DNA of 64,000 nucleotides from Octopus vulgaris (GCA_951406725.2 OX597836.1:26474001-26538000), one strand, 5' to 3'. Counted from the stretch's first letter, positions 1-12,592 are shown. Notes: generated by a model from the sequence alone, not told the origin. Made by a program: numbers and translations.

Positions 1-100
1 TTTTCTCTTCTTCAGATTCAACTTTATTAGTCAACTTTGAAATTAGAGCAGTCTGAGATGTTATGTTCTGGTCTTTTTCAACAATGGATGTCTGTAAAAC
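1..100 (-). CDS. GOLGB1: Gene 1 coding exon 5 (runs off window): VLQTSIVEKDQNITSQTALISKLTNKVESEEEK...
   Basis: Minus-strand acceptor tttattctatttttctacag|GTT at 101-102; open phase-0 frame continuing the previous exon; same coiled-coil xxEKDxxI motif as upstream exons. Confidence 0.85.
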
Positions 101-435
101 CTGTAGAAAAATAGAATAAAATTATTCATACATACATAGATGTTACAAATGTTTCAATAGCATGGTGACTTATTTGCAATTGGTGTATTACACAATCCAA
201 AACCACCAAACTATTAACCACAATAGGCAAGATCCAAACCATTTGATATATATATATTCTTCTATTGCTCTTAGCCATGTGGCTGATGTCATGGTGGAGC
301 AGCATATATATTGTAAGATACAAATAAGATAATTTTTTTTAGAAAGCAGAGCTGCCATTAGAACAGCAGAAATATTGAGTAAATTACCCTTACAAAGCAG
401 AAGAATTTGTCAACAAACTGCCATACATGTAGTTT

Positions 436-477
<42 letters not shown>

Positions 478-1147
478 GTTTTGTATATATATATATATAT
501 ATATATATAAATATTGTTGCTATTATGCAAAAGTGTTGTAAGTCCAAAATGTTGCTATTTCAGAAAACAAAAAAATAATTTCACCATTCCATAGCAAAGC
601 CGCTGTACTACACTTTGACTATTTTTGATATCTTGGCATATGAAACAGCTGGAGATACAATAGTTTGACCAAAAGAACTGGCTATTGCAAGCAAAAATAG
701 ATAATGGAAAAAAAGAACGCATTTGGCCGAATTTGGATATACGACAGTTTAACATAATAGCAACAAAATATATATATATGCATACACATATACACATAAT
801 TATTTTTATAAAAGAATTGTATATTGTAAGGTTATGGAAAACTGGCAGAACCATTAGGATGGCAGACAAAATGTTTAATGCCATTTCATCCGTCTTTATA
901 TTCATTACTCAAATTCTGCCAAGGTCAACTTTGTCTGTCATCCTTTCAGGGTTGATAAAATAAGTACCAGCTGATAAAATAAGTACCACTCCCACAATAT
1001 TTCAGATCTTGTGCCTATAGCAGAAAGGATTATTATTATTATTATTATTATTATTGCGATTTATATCATCTTGTCGTGACAGTACTGACAGTTCGCTTTA
1101 ATTTATTAATGTTGTTCGTTAAAATTGTTTTTATAACCACTCATATA

Positions 1148-1307
1148 GGCGCAGGAGTGGCTGTGTGGTAAGTAGCTTGCTTACCAACCACATGGTTCCA
1201 GGTTCATTCCCACTGCGTGGCACCTTGGGCAAGTGTCTTCTACTATAGCCTCGGGTTGTCCAAAGCCTTGTGAGTGGATTTGGTAGACGGAAATTGGAAG
1301 AAGCCCG

Positions 1308-1358
<51 letters not shown>

Positions 1359-1482
1359 TATGTGTGTATGTGTGTATGTATGTATGTATGTATGTATGTA
1401 TGTATGTATGTATGTTCGACTAAAGGCAGTGCTCCAGCATGGCCGTAGTCAAATGACTGAAACAAGTAAAAGAGAAAAAAAA
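1148..1482 (+). mobile_element. tRNA-derived SINE family A (internally deleted)
   Basis: A-box TGGCTGTGTGG, B-box-like GGTTCATTCCC, CORE-like ccttgggcaagtg, internal microsatellite, tail cagtcaaatgactgaaacaagtaaaagag. Confidence 0.85.
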
Positions 1483-2208
1483 GAGACTCAAAGTTATCTT
1501 CCTTGTTCATGAGCGTTTGAATGGTGTGTGTGCATGCATGTGTATTTGACTGTGTGTATAGGGGCAGTTAGGTGTGTGTGTGTGCTTAACCAGTGTACCT
1601 CTGTGTGTATGTGTGTATGGGTACTGGGACAAAATCTCCCCGTGGACAGAATCCCACTGAGAACAAACTTTTCCCCCAGACAAAATACCCCGGAAGTCAA
1701 CATCCCCCAGGGTAATGTTCTTTCTTTACAATAAAAATATTTTAGGAAAATAAAATTTTATTAAAAGAATTCATAATATTTATTAGTTGATATTCTTGAT
1801 TAAAATTTGTCCAAGGGGATCTTGTCCTCAGATTTTGTCTTGATACTCTGTGTATGTATGTGTGTGTGTGTGTGTGTGTGTGTGAGTGTGTGTGTGTGCG
1901 TGCGTGCACGCATACATATGTTTGTGAATATCCTTCCTTGATATAAACTAGTCTATCTGTGTCTTTCACCAATATATCTCTGTAAATATTAGAAAAGAAA
2001 CTGATCACCCACAAGTGCCCTTCGTATGAAGTCCCTTATGATGTTTGTTCTGCACCAAGGTATTCAAAGACACCCCTAATCACTCACTCTCACAACCAGA
2101 AACACAGTAAACCAATAATTAGCATATTAGAAACCTATAACCACTGGTGCCATTGTTTACAAATTGTCACATAAAATAAATACAATTCTAAAAGTCGACA
2201 ATACTCAC

Positions 2209-2367
2209 CCCAATCACTTTATCTCTGCCTTTAATGACTTCATTCTTCTCTCCGATAAATTCCTGCAAGTCTTTGATTTTGCTGTCTAATTCAATGATTG
2301 AGTTGTTGAGGTCAACAATTTTCTTGTCTTTGGACAAAATCTGGACATAAATCTGATCCAGGGTTTC
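2209..2367 (-). CDS. GOLGB1: Gene 1 coding exon 4 (159 nt): ETLDQIYVQILSKDKKIVDLNNSIIELDSKIKDLQEFIGEKNEVIKGRDKVIG
   Basis: Acceptor tgtgttttag|GAA, donor GGG|gtgagt, phase 0/0, heptad coiled-coil pattern. Confidence 0.9.
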
Positions 2368-2393
2368 CTAAAACACAAACAAGGACAATATAA

Positions 2394-2412
2394 GTGTGTG
2401 CGTTTGCGTGTG

Positions 2413-2457
<45 letters not shown>

Positions 2458-2926
2458 GTATGTGTGCTTATCTTTCACTGAAACAAATTAGTGCACCTGT
2501 CCATACGTGCATGTGTGTCTGTGTGTTTGCGTGCATGTGTATGTGTGTTTGTGTGTGTGTGTGTGTATATATCTGTGTGTATATGTATGCATGTGTATGT
2601 GTGTTCGTGTATGTATATGTGTGTGTACGTGTATGCATGTGTGTGTGTGTGCACGCACACATGTGCATGCATGTGTATGTGTGCTTATCTTTCACTGATA
2701 CAAATTAGTGCACCTGTCCATACGTGCATGTGTGTTTGTGTGCGTGTGTGTATACATGCATGTGTGTTTGTGTGTGTGTGTGCATGTGTGTGTATGCATG
2801 TGTATGTGTGTTCGTGTATGTATATGTATGTGTATGCATGTGTGTGTGCATGCACACATGTGCATGCACGTGTATGTGTGCTTATCTTTCACTGATACAA
2901 ACTAGTGCACCTGTGCATACATGCAT

Positions 2927-2962
<36 letters not shown>

Positions 2963-3140
2963 ATGTGTGTGTATACATGTGTATGTGTGTTTATGTATGT
3001 GTACATGTGTATGTGTGTTTGTGTGTGTGTATATATATATCTGTGTGTATATGTATGCATGTGTATGTGTGTTCGTGTGTGTGTGTATGTATATGTGCGT
3101 GTATATGTATGCATGTGTATGTTTGTGTGTGTGCCTGTGT
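2394..3140. repeat. Compound VNTR: three ~200-bp units of a unique core embedded in (TG/TA) microsatellite
   Basis: Core gtgtgcttatctttcactga-acaaa-tagtgcacctgt at 2462, 2679 and 2876. Confidence 0.9.
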
Positions 3141-3612
3141 TCATGTTTCAATGCATATGGACATGGCCCAACATCATCATTTTATGTCTATTTTCCATAC
3201 TTACAAGGGTCCTTTGTCATCTCTTTCATGAAGTTCAGCTCCCTGAGATCAACCTTCACCACTTCTTTCTAAGTCCACTTCCTCTGTCCGCCTTTTCTAC
3301 AAGTTCTTTCCTCTTCACATGCCTGATTCAACACCTTTATTCAACTGCCATCCTCTCTATACACACCACATATACCAACAAACTCATCCCCCCCCCCCCC
3401 CCCCCGCCATTCACACAACAGTCAATTCCTCATACATCCAATTTTTCTCTCAGCTTATTTCTGTTCCACCATTCATTCCCACTAACCCTACATACCCGGT
3501 GGAGTATCCTCTCCTTATTTCTTTCCAGCTTTCACACATCCTTTCTAATCAATACCCATGTTTCTCTACCAAGTAACATCACCCTCAACACACATTTCTG
3601 CTCTTTGCTTAA

Positions 3613-3825
3613 CCCTTTAGCATTCAGATTACTCTGTCCAATGTAATGCTTATTTATTCACATTGTCTTTAATTAATCATGCATTACCTCATAGCTTCAA
3701 GATTTTGATGATACAAATTAGAAGGACATGTAGGATAGGTGTGAGAGGCTGGACCTGGACAGTTTGAACAACAACAAAAAAACAGAATATTTGGGCTGGA
3801 TATGGCCGGATTGAATGCTAAAGGG
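3613..3825. mobile_element. piggyBac-type MITE (related copies ~30897-31117, ~56780-56998, ~58138-58345)
   Basis: TTAA flanks; TIR CCCTTTAGCATTC / GAATGCTAAAGGG. Confidence 0.8.
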
Positions 3826-4414
3826 TTAAAAAGAATCTTCCTTTGTCCCCTTTGTAACAACTTACTGATCTTCATTCTACCCCATTCTTATTCAAGCTGC
3901 TATGCTTTCCAACCACCCAAGTCATCTAGGTAACAGAAACTGTCAAAGTTTTTCTAGAAAACCTTTAAAAGAAGTCCTTTCAGGAATGCTTTTACTGCTA
4001 ACTACTCCTGATGTATCTGCTACTAATAAAAATTTTCTCTCTCAGCTAACCTGTGACCTCACTACGCCCTCTCTTTATATTTGGTACACAGTATAGAATT
4101 TTCCCCCACACCTTTTCTATGAATCAATCATAACCACCTCGCAATAAAGTTCTCCATTCTTTCTTGCTAATTAAGACTTTTACCTGTGAATGGTTTACTT
4201 TTGGGTCCTTTTGATATGAGATTCCACTATCATTTTTGAAAGTTTTCCTCAAATTCTTTGATTTCATTAGAAAAGCTCAGTCATCGATTTATTAGAATTC
4301 CTACAGACATCCAGTCTGGAAATGTTCCACTATAGCCCAGAGAATTATAATAAACAAGATATGCCAGAGAACCAAACCAAAACTCTAAGAGAAATGTTAT
4401 GTAAGAATTGTTAC

Positions 4415-4699
4415 CTGAGATTTAGCAGAAGGGTTCTCAGACTCATTAATATCCCTGATTATTTTATCACGATCAACAAGCTGACTGTTCAATGTATTTA
4501 TTATTTCTTTAAGCTGATTGATTGTTTGATCCCTGTCCACCAAGGTCTTATCTTTAGCCAACATCTCCTCATCATGATTCACCAACTGCTCCTCTTTCTC
4601 GGCCAAGATACGGTCCTTCTCAACGAGTTTACGACGTAACAATTTGATTTTACCCCGACTGACTTGCTCTGCCGGATTTTCATCTCCACACTCACTGCC
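4415..4699 (-). CDS. GOLGB1: Gene 1 coding exon 3 (285 nt): GSECGDENPAEQVSRGKIKLLRRKLVEKDRILAEKEEQL...NPSAKSQ
   Basis: Acceptor ttctaacag|GGC, donor CAG|gtaaca, phase 0/0; overlaps ORF 4397..4642; coiled coil. Confidence 0.9.
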
Positions 4700-6370
4700 C
4701 TGTTAGAATCAAAAACATAAATACTGTTCAAATACTAGAGCTGATAAAATACCAGTTGACTACTGGGGTTCATGAGTAAGTCCCGTCAACAACTGGGGTT
4801 GATTATTAGAAACCTTATGCTTATATTTTGAAGGCTTGTAACCTAGTAGATAGGGTGTTACACTCATGATTCTAAGATTATGGTTTCAATTCCCAGACTG
4901 GACGGTATGGTGTGTTCTTCAATAAAACACTTCATTTCTATTGCCCCAGTGCACTCAGCTGCAAATAGGTTCCAACATAAGCTGGGAAGTAAACTGGGAA
5001 GTGTTTCTGACTGATTTTTGTAATAAAAGATAAAGAGTTAGGAATTTCCTCCTGACATAACAGCACAAAAATCCTTTTGGTTTAATATTTTGTCTGCTTT
5101 CCACAGGCTTTATATAAAACCAATGTCGATAACATCATCATCATCATCTTCATCAACCACTGGACATCACTGTCTCAACTCCCTAGGCATATCCCAGTAT
5201 CCACAGCATATTAGTGACCGAGATTACAACATTCACCTTGAATGGGATGCCAGTCCATTGCAGGGGCAACTTCTGGGGCTGATAATTTGAGATTTTATAC
5301 TTATTTTAGAAATCAATAAGATTAATTTAGTTTCTCAACAATTAACGTAGTATTATTTAAAGATTGCAAGCAGGCAGAAACGTTAGCACGCCAGACAAGA
5401 TGCATAGCAGCATTTCATGTGTCTTTACGTTATGAATTCAAGTTCCGCCGAGGCCGACTTTGCCCTTCATATTTTCAGATTCAATAAAATAACACAGGGG
5501 TCAATGTAACAGACAATTACCCAGCCCCAAAATTTCAGGCCTTGTGCCTATAGTAGAAATAATTAATGTAGTATTTGAGGGCTGCAAACTGGCAGAATCA
5601 TTAGCACGCTGGACAATATGCTTGGTGGAACTTCTTCCAGTTTTACAATCTGAGTTCAAATTCCACTGAGGTCGACTTTGTCTTTTATCCTTTCAGGGTC
5701 AATAAAATAAGTACCAGTTAAATATTGGGGCAAATGTAATCAACTACCCCGCCTACCCCAATATTTCAAGCCTTGTGCCTATGGTAGAAAGAATTAATGT
5801 AATGATTTCGAGATGAGGTTAACAGAATGAAAATATAGGAACATTTTGAAAGCAGAACTCTATCAAGGGCCACCCAAACAGCTTTGCTATATTTCATATG
5901 AGGCTAAATATAACTACATACCTGATCATTTAAATATTTAAAATATTTTATCAGATTGACCAAAGCCTTGTGAGTGAATTTGGTAGATGGAAACTGAAAG
6001 AAGTCTGTTCTATCATCATCATCATCATCATCATTGAATGTCCGTCTTCCATGCATGCATGGGTAGGAGGTCTGACAGGAGCTGGCCAGGTAGAAAAACT
6101 ACCCCAGGCTACTGTGTCTGTTTTGGCAGGGTTTTCATGGCTGGATGCTCTTCCTAACACCAGCCACCCTGCAGAGTAGACTCGGTGCCTTTTACATGGC
6201 ACATGTACAGGCAAGGTTAGTTTTGACATGGTTTTGACAGCTGGATGCCCTTCCAAATGCCAACCACTTTAAAATGTGGACTGGGTACTTTTTATGTGGC
6301 AGCAGCATTGGCAGGGTCACCAAGTAACTTGCAAGACAAGGAATATAAACACACATATATATATCTATAT

Positions 6371-6566
6371 CAGGGGTGTATATTCCGGGTGTGCTAGGTG
6401 TGCACTGCACACCCATCAAAAATGGCAAATTCATTATAAATATTTACCTTATTCATTAATTTAATCCTAAATCTTAATGGAAAACATTTGTTATATACCC
6501 CTGCTTGAAATTTGGTGGCACTAAGTGTGGCAGCACACCCAGGACAACAACAACCAAACGCCACTG
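6371..6566. mobile_element. hAT-type MITE
   Basis: CAGGGGTGT...ACGCCACTG termini; 8-bp TSD atctatat/atctatgt. Confidence 0.65.
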
Positions 6567-6606
<40 letters not shown>

Positions 6607-7313
6607 ATGTTTGCTCTCTCCCCACCAATGCTTCACATCTGGTGTTGGTGTGTTTACATCCCTGTCACTTTGCGCTTTGGCAAAAGAGATAAACAGAATA
6701 AGTCCCAGGCTTAAAAATAAAAGGAAGTGCTGGGGTTGATTCTGTTGACTGAAATATCCTTCAAGGATGTGCCTCAGAAGGGGTCCAGAAGTTCTAATGA
6801 CTGGAACAGGTAAACAAGTAAAAAGATAAAAGATAAAAAGGGTGGGTGGGTGTGTCTATGTGTGTGAGTGAGTGTGTGCGTTTATGTGTATGAGCGTGTG
6901 TGAGTATGTGTGTGTGAGTGTCTGTATGAGAGTGTGTGTGTGAGTGTGTGTGTATGTGTTGTGCCTATGCTTGCCCTCACCACCACTTAACAACCAGCGT
7001 TGGTGTGTTTATGTCCACATAACTTAGCTGCTCAGCAAAAAAAGACCAACAGAATAAATACCACCCCAACCACTACCACCACCATCACCATCACCCCACT
7101 GCCAAGAAAAAATTTTTTAATGTCTTTGAATTCAAAAAGAAAAAAATGATAAAGACGAACTGGGACCAATTCATTCAACTAAAAAATTCACGAAAGCAGT
7201 GCTCCAGAATGGCCACAATCTAATGTCTGAAATAAGTGAAAGATAAAATGTCTGAACTAAGTGAAAGATAAAAGATAATAACACTAAACACAACACTAAT
7301 CACAACAACATAC

Positions 7314-7430
7314 CCGGTCTGACGAACTGTCTGGGAGGGCAGCTTTCCTAGCTTCTTCCAACTGGTTGGTCAGTTTGGTTGTTTTGGCTTTTGATTGCAG
7401 TTTGGTCTTCGTCAGAGTAGCTTTAGTCTC
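7314..7430 (-). CDS. GOLGB1: Gene 1 coding exon 2 (117 nt): ETKATLTKTKLQSKAKTTKLTNQLEEARKAALPDSSSDR
   Basis: Acceptor gtcgttgtag|GAG, donor CGG|gtatgt, phase 0/0; KTKLQSKAKTTKLTNQLEE resembles giantin KLKLHAKAKLTSLNKYIEE (recalled, not searched). Confidence 0.9.
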
Positions 7431-7583
7431 CTACAACGACAACGACAATAACAATGGGTTACATTAAACAAAAAACAAATAGCAAAATGCATAAAATAAA
7501 ATTAAATTAAATGACTGAATCGGATTGTTAAATTTTGGAAGAAATATTAGTGAATCAGTCATGATACTACCGTGAGTGATGTA

Positions 7584-8131
7584 CAAGGGTGAGTCAAAAA
7601 GTAATGCCATTTTGTTTAGGACAGGTATAATTACCAGCACAGGAACATGTATCATACATCAAAATGAAGCTGGTCCTCTGTGGATCACATCCCTACTTCT
7701 CAACATAGTCACCGTTTCTCTCAATAGCAATGTTCCACCTTCAAATGAGAGCATGTATCCCTGCCCCGTAAAATTCTATTGACTGTTCTTTGAGCCACTT
7801 CTTCACTACAGTTTTCACTTCCTCATCACTGGAATAATGTTTGCCCCTCAAACCCTCTTTCATGGGGCCGAAGAGATGACAGTCCAGTGACGATGAGAGT
7901 CCACTGTAGTGAAGAAGTGGCTCAAAGAACAGTCAACAGAATTTTATGGGGCAGGGATACATGTTCTCATTTGAAGGAGGAACATTGCTATTGAGAGAAA
8001 CAGGGATTATGTTGAGAAGTAGGGATGTGATCCACAGAGGACCAGCTTCATTTTGATGTATGGTGCATGTTCCTGTGTTGGCAATTATACCTGTCCTAAA
8101 CAAAATGGCGTTACTTTTTGACTCACCCTCA
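7584..8131. mobile_element. Palindromic mariner-derived MITE made of two inverted transposase 3' ends
   Basis: TA at 7582-83 and 8132-33; ~229-bp inverted arms 7584-7812 and 7903-8131; minus-strand translation DCHLFGPMKEGLRGKHYSSDEEVKTVVKKWLKEQSIEFYGAGIHALI*RWNIAIERNGDYVEK* is a mariner C-terminus. Confidence 0.9.
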
Positions 8132-8611
8132 TAGAATAATGAGTCACCATTGTCAAATTCATCATTTAACGTCCGTCTTCTATGCATGCATGGGTAGGAT
8201 GGATGACAGGAGCCAGACAAGTAGAAAAACTACTCCAGGCTGCTGTGTCTGTTTTGGCAGGGTTTCTTGCGCAGAGTGGACTCAGTGCTTTTTACGTGGT
8301 ACTAACACAGGTGAGGTTAATTTTGGCGTGATTTTTACGGCTGGATGCCCTTCCAGATACCAACCACATTACAGTGTGGGCTGGGTGCTTTTAACATGGC
8401 ACCAGCACAGGCAGGGTAACTAAGTAATTTGCAAGACAAGGAATTATGAGAGGGGCAGGGCATTTGAGGAGAGGAACTTGTGTCAGAGGATGAAAGTAGT
8501 GTGAAAGGAAGGGAGAGGCTATACCTATAGCCTTTTATAAGATGCAGTCTCCAAAGAAGAGACACTATTGTCTGCAAAGAAGGGGGGGTGCCTATAGCCT
8601 TTATAAAAGAT

Positions 8612-8815
8612 ATAGTTGGAATTTACAAAAAAAAACAAAAGACGAAGACAGGGTATGTAGACAACAAACAGCTGTATTAGTCTAACGCCCAGGAAGTGAG
8701 AAAGTCTTATGTTTTGAGCCTACGCTCTTCAACAGAAAGGAACACAGAAATAAGCAGAGAGAAAAAATAAAAAAGGTTTAGTGGCTAGCGATCCACTCAT
8801 GGCGAATGCCAGACA
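8612..8815 (-). mobile_element. Penelope-like fragment, same family as 12645-12855, hammerhead decayed
   Basis: caaaagacgaag...gtattag...gagcctacgctcttcaacagaaag shared; GAAA mutated to AAAA. Confidence 0.55.
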
Positions 8816-8900
8816 GAGGTGATCAGACAGGAGAGCTAAGAAGATATAGTTTGAAAGGAAGAAAGGCAGTGTCTATAACATACAAATAGAAGCCGTTTAC

Positions 8901-9023
8901 CTGTAATTCTGATTGTGTCTTTTCGATGATGTTGTCCTTCTCAACTATCATCAGCCTCAGCTGTTTAACAAGTTTCTCATTCTCTTCACACTGCATCTGA
9001 AGGTCATTGCTGGAACCTGCCAT
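8901..9023 (-). CDS. GOLGB1: Gene 1 first coding exon (123 nt), giantin/GOLGB1-like golgin: MAGSSNDLQMQCEENEKLVKQLRLMIVEKDNIIEKTQSELQ
   Basis: Polypyrimidine tract with acceptor tccttcttctgtttcaag|ATG, donor CAG|gtaaac; EKLVKQLRLMIVEKD resembles giantin EQLVVELKDIIRQKD. Exon structure is solid; orthology confidence is about 0.65. Confidence 0.85.
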
Positions 9024-9599
9024 CTTGAAACAGAAGAAGGAATCACAGTTCAGAGAGTTTGTCTCATAACAACGATAGTTGACAACAACAACAACAACAA
9101 CGAAGATGATGATGATGACAACACCATCCTTATCAGCATTTCTACCAAGATTTCCACCATCACTATAAACATTATTATTTCTTTCTAGAAGGATTTATCC
9201 GGGAGGAAAATACAATCCCTGTGAACTTTGAAGACAACCACATTTTACAGCAGAAATGTTGACATAGTACAGAGTGTAAAGCATGAAGCATAAACATTCA
9301 AACATTGGCACTATCTTTCCAAATCCTGCAGCATTTCATATGGAATCTTTGGCTCTTCCAAAGTTGTCTTGGTGCATAAGTTGACCTATCTTTTTTTTTT
9401 TTGGTTGTAAAATTTGGCCTTGAAAGTATCCTAGACTAATCACTTTGGTGTAACTGATATTGAGTTTGGACAGCTGCAAACACTACACCATCATCATCAT
9501 CATCATCATCATTTAATGTCTGCCTTCCATGCTAGCACAAGTGGGATGGTTTGACAAGAGCCTGCCAGGCAGAAGCCTACGCCAGACTTCTGTAACCGT

Positions 9600-9975
9600 T
9601 TTGGCAGGAGTTTTACAGCTGGACGCCCTTCCTAACACCAACCACTCAGCAGAGTGGACTTAGTGCTTTTTACAAGACACAAGCACAGCTGAGGTCAGTT
9701 TTGGCAAGATTTTTACAGCTAGACGCCCTTCCTAACACCAACCACTCAGCAGAGTGGACTTAGTGCTTTTTACAAGGTACAAGCACAGCTGAGGTCAGTT
9801 TTGGCAAGATGTTTACAGCTGGACAACCTTCCTAACACCAACCACTCAGCAGAGTGGACTTAGTGCTTTTTACGAGGCACAAGCACAGCCGAGGTCAGTT
9901 TTGGCAAGATTTTTACAGCTGGATGCCCTTCCAAATGCCAACCACTTTACAGTGTGGACTGGGTGCTTTTAAGTG
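9600..9975. repeat. 100-bp tandem repeat (~3.7 copies) inside a (GAT)n-tail retroposon
   Basis: tttacagct recurs at 9612, 9712, 9812 and 9912. Confidence 0.9.
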
Positions 9976-10097
9976 GCATCTGCACTAACAGGGTCATCAA
10001 GTACTTGCAAGACAAAAGAAAAAAATGTCACCATAATCCTTAATGCTACCAACATCATCAGAGTCATCATCACCATTGTTGTCATCATGTGCCTGTG

Positions 10098-10128
<31 letters not shown>

Positions 10129-10520
10129 TTATGGTAACAATCATCTCTTTTCCTCTTAAATACACTGACTTACATGTGGCCACACAGGACATTATCCACA
10201 TCAATATTTTCAGTTTGAAGGTCGTAAGCTGGAAGAATCATTAGCAGGGCAGGTAAAATGCTAAGCAGTATTTCACCTGTCTATATGTTCTGAGTTCAAA
10301 TTCTGCTGTGGTCGACTTTGCTTTCATCTTTTCAGGGTTGATAAATTGAGTACCAGTTGAGCACCTGGGTTGATATAATCGATTTATCAACCTCCCCAAA
10401 CTTGCTGGCTTTGTGCCAAAATTTGAAACCAATATTTTCAGTTTGAAAGAACCTGTACATATAGGTTGTTGTAATGAAAGTTCTGCCTAATTTGTGGAAT
10501 TAAAATTTTGGAGATTTTAA

Positions 10521-10737
10521 CCCTTTCGTTACTGTATTTATTTTCAGATACTCTGTGTTTCTTTCAATTAACTTTAGATATAACAAAGAATTTAGTAAAA
10601 TAACTTAGTTATCATTTAGCTAGTATTAGGAATATAAATTATGACTAAGGTTTGGTGGAAGATCTTAATTCAGAACTTTTAAAAACCTTTGTACTACAGA
10701 GCCAGAGGTAGTTTCAGCCAGGTTGGTATCGAAAGGG
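10521..10737. mobile_element. piggyBac-type MITE, second family
   Basis: TTAA flanks; TIR CCCTTTCGTTAC / GTATCGAAAGGG. Confidence 0.8.
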
Positions 10738-11040
10738 TTAAGTTCCATTTCTGTCAAATGCTTAGTGATGCTCCTTCCCCAACTGCTTCTACCGCCAGGA
10801 TATAAGAACATTATTCAAACAGATCCCTAATTTGATCTGATTAAGGAACACATTCATCATGTCATACACCAGAAGTTTCAGAGAGGGGTCGACACAAGTG
10901 CAGCAGTCAAGTGTCACTCACAAAAAAAGTAGTATATATACAAAGACACATATATAGTGATATGTTGGTACTTACTTTGGTTAAAGTTTATCACAGTCAA
11001 AGTATTTTGGTAAAAATCTAAAATACAATATATATCTTAC

Positions 11041-11068
11041 AAATAGAGCAGCTCCATTTGGCTTTCAC
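11041..11068 (-). other. Probable 28-nt 5'UTR micro-exon of gene 1
   Basis: Acceptor tttatttcag|GTG and donor TTT|gtaaga; carries a TGA in frame with the ATG at 9023 and an out-of-frame uATG. Confidence 0.55.
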
Positions 11069-11181
11069 CTGAAATAAATTTAAAAAAGAAATTCTGAGAA
11101 AACGTTTTTTTTTTTTTGTAAGTACATGAAAAGTTATACCAAAAGTAGGAAGGTGTTGATTAAATCTTAATTAGTCCATCA

Positions 11182-11540
11182 TCTCTATATATATAAAACG
11201 GAGAATGTGTGTCTGTCTGTCTGTCTGTGTGTTTCCCTAAAACTTGAGAACTACACAACCAATTTCATTCAAATTTTACACATGCCTTACTTAAGGTCCA
11301 GGAAGTGTCATTGGAAAAAAAATTTTAACTTTTTCCCTAGGGCGACCCCACAGCAATATCATATCTTCTCCACTATTTTAGTATTACGTGTTAAAAGTAA
11401 AACAAAAACATCTCTCTATTGTAACACAGACACTTTCACTATTAAAGTTAAAGTATTATATAACAGGGATGAACCATTAACAATCGTCATCCATTTTGCT
11501 AGAAGAAGATCCGCTATGGTCTTATATACTTTGCCCTGTT
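11182..11540 (+). mobile_element. Helitron-like fragment
   Basis: TCTCTATATATATAAAA 5' end followed by (GTCT)n and caaccaatttcattcaaattttacac. Confidence 0.55.
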
Positions 11541-11567
11541 TATAATTATACCATATGTTATATATAT

Positions 11568-11664
<97 letters not shown>

Positions 11665-12323
11665 TGATGGACAGTCTCTTCTAACTACCAAATTCACACC
11701 AGGGTATCAAACATATTCTCTCTAGTCCAAGAGGACTTCCTCTTCCAACTAACAGATAAATATAAATAAGACCTTTTACTGTAACTACTATAGGCCTAGG
11801 CTGATTAATTGCTTGCAACTACCAAATTCACTTGCAAGCAATTAATCAGCCTAGGGCTATAGTGAGTTACAGTAAAACACACTTGGCCCAGATGCAGCAC
11901 AATATGCAATGTTTCCCTCCTGTTTTAAGACAACAGCGATAGGGGCGGGAGTTTATTTGAGAGAGATTTAGCTACTATCTTTAGCAAGTTGGCTCATACT
12001 TACAGCAGTTGGTTATGTGGGATGCAGTACTGACAGTGTAGGCAAGTCACCTCTGCTCCACTATCATACTGTTTGTGTTTGCACAATGCACGTGACTGAG
12101 TTGTAAGGGTACCTAAGAAGACAGTGCTGTAGTGGACACTCTGTGTAATGATTACTTCTGTCTAGAGTTCAGCCAGTCATATTGCTAGGCTATTGTAAGC
12201 TATGATGGGTTTGGTGGCTGTGTAAACCCTGTTGTAAAGACATGGCATCCGGTTTTTCATGTTAGCATGGGTGGGAGGGGAACCGTTTTACCTATCACTT
12301 ATTGCTTGTGTGTGTGTGATATA

Positions 12324-12377
<54 letters not shown>

Positions 12378-12592
12378 GGCTTAAAATGATACAAAATGTG
12401 AAAGTCAAACAGGTGAGGGAACAGCGAACATGATGTCTTTGTTTGATATACATACATAGATAGACAAACAGAGAGACAGGTAGTCAGACAGCCAGACAGA
12501 CAGGTAGACAGATGGATAGATAGATAGATAAATAGATAGATAGACATACATGTATATATACATACATATATGCAGATATATATATATATATA

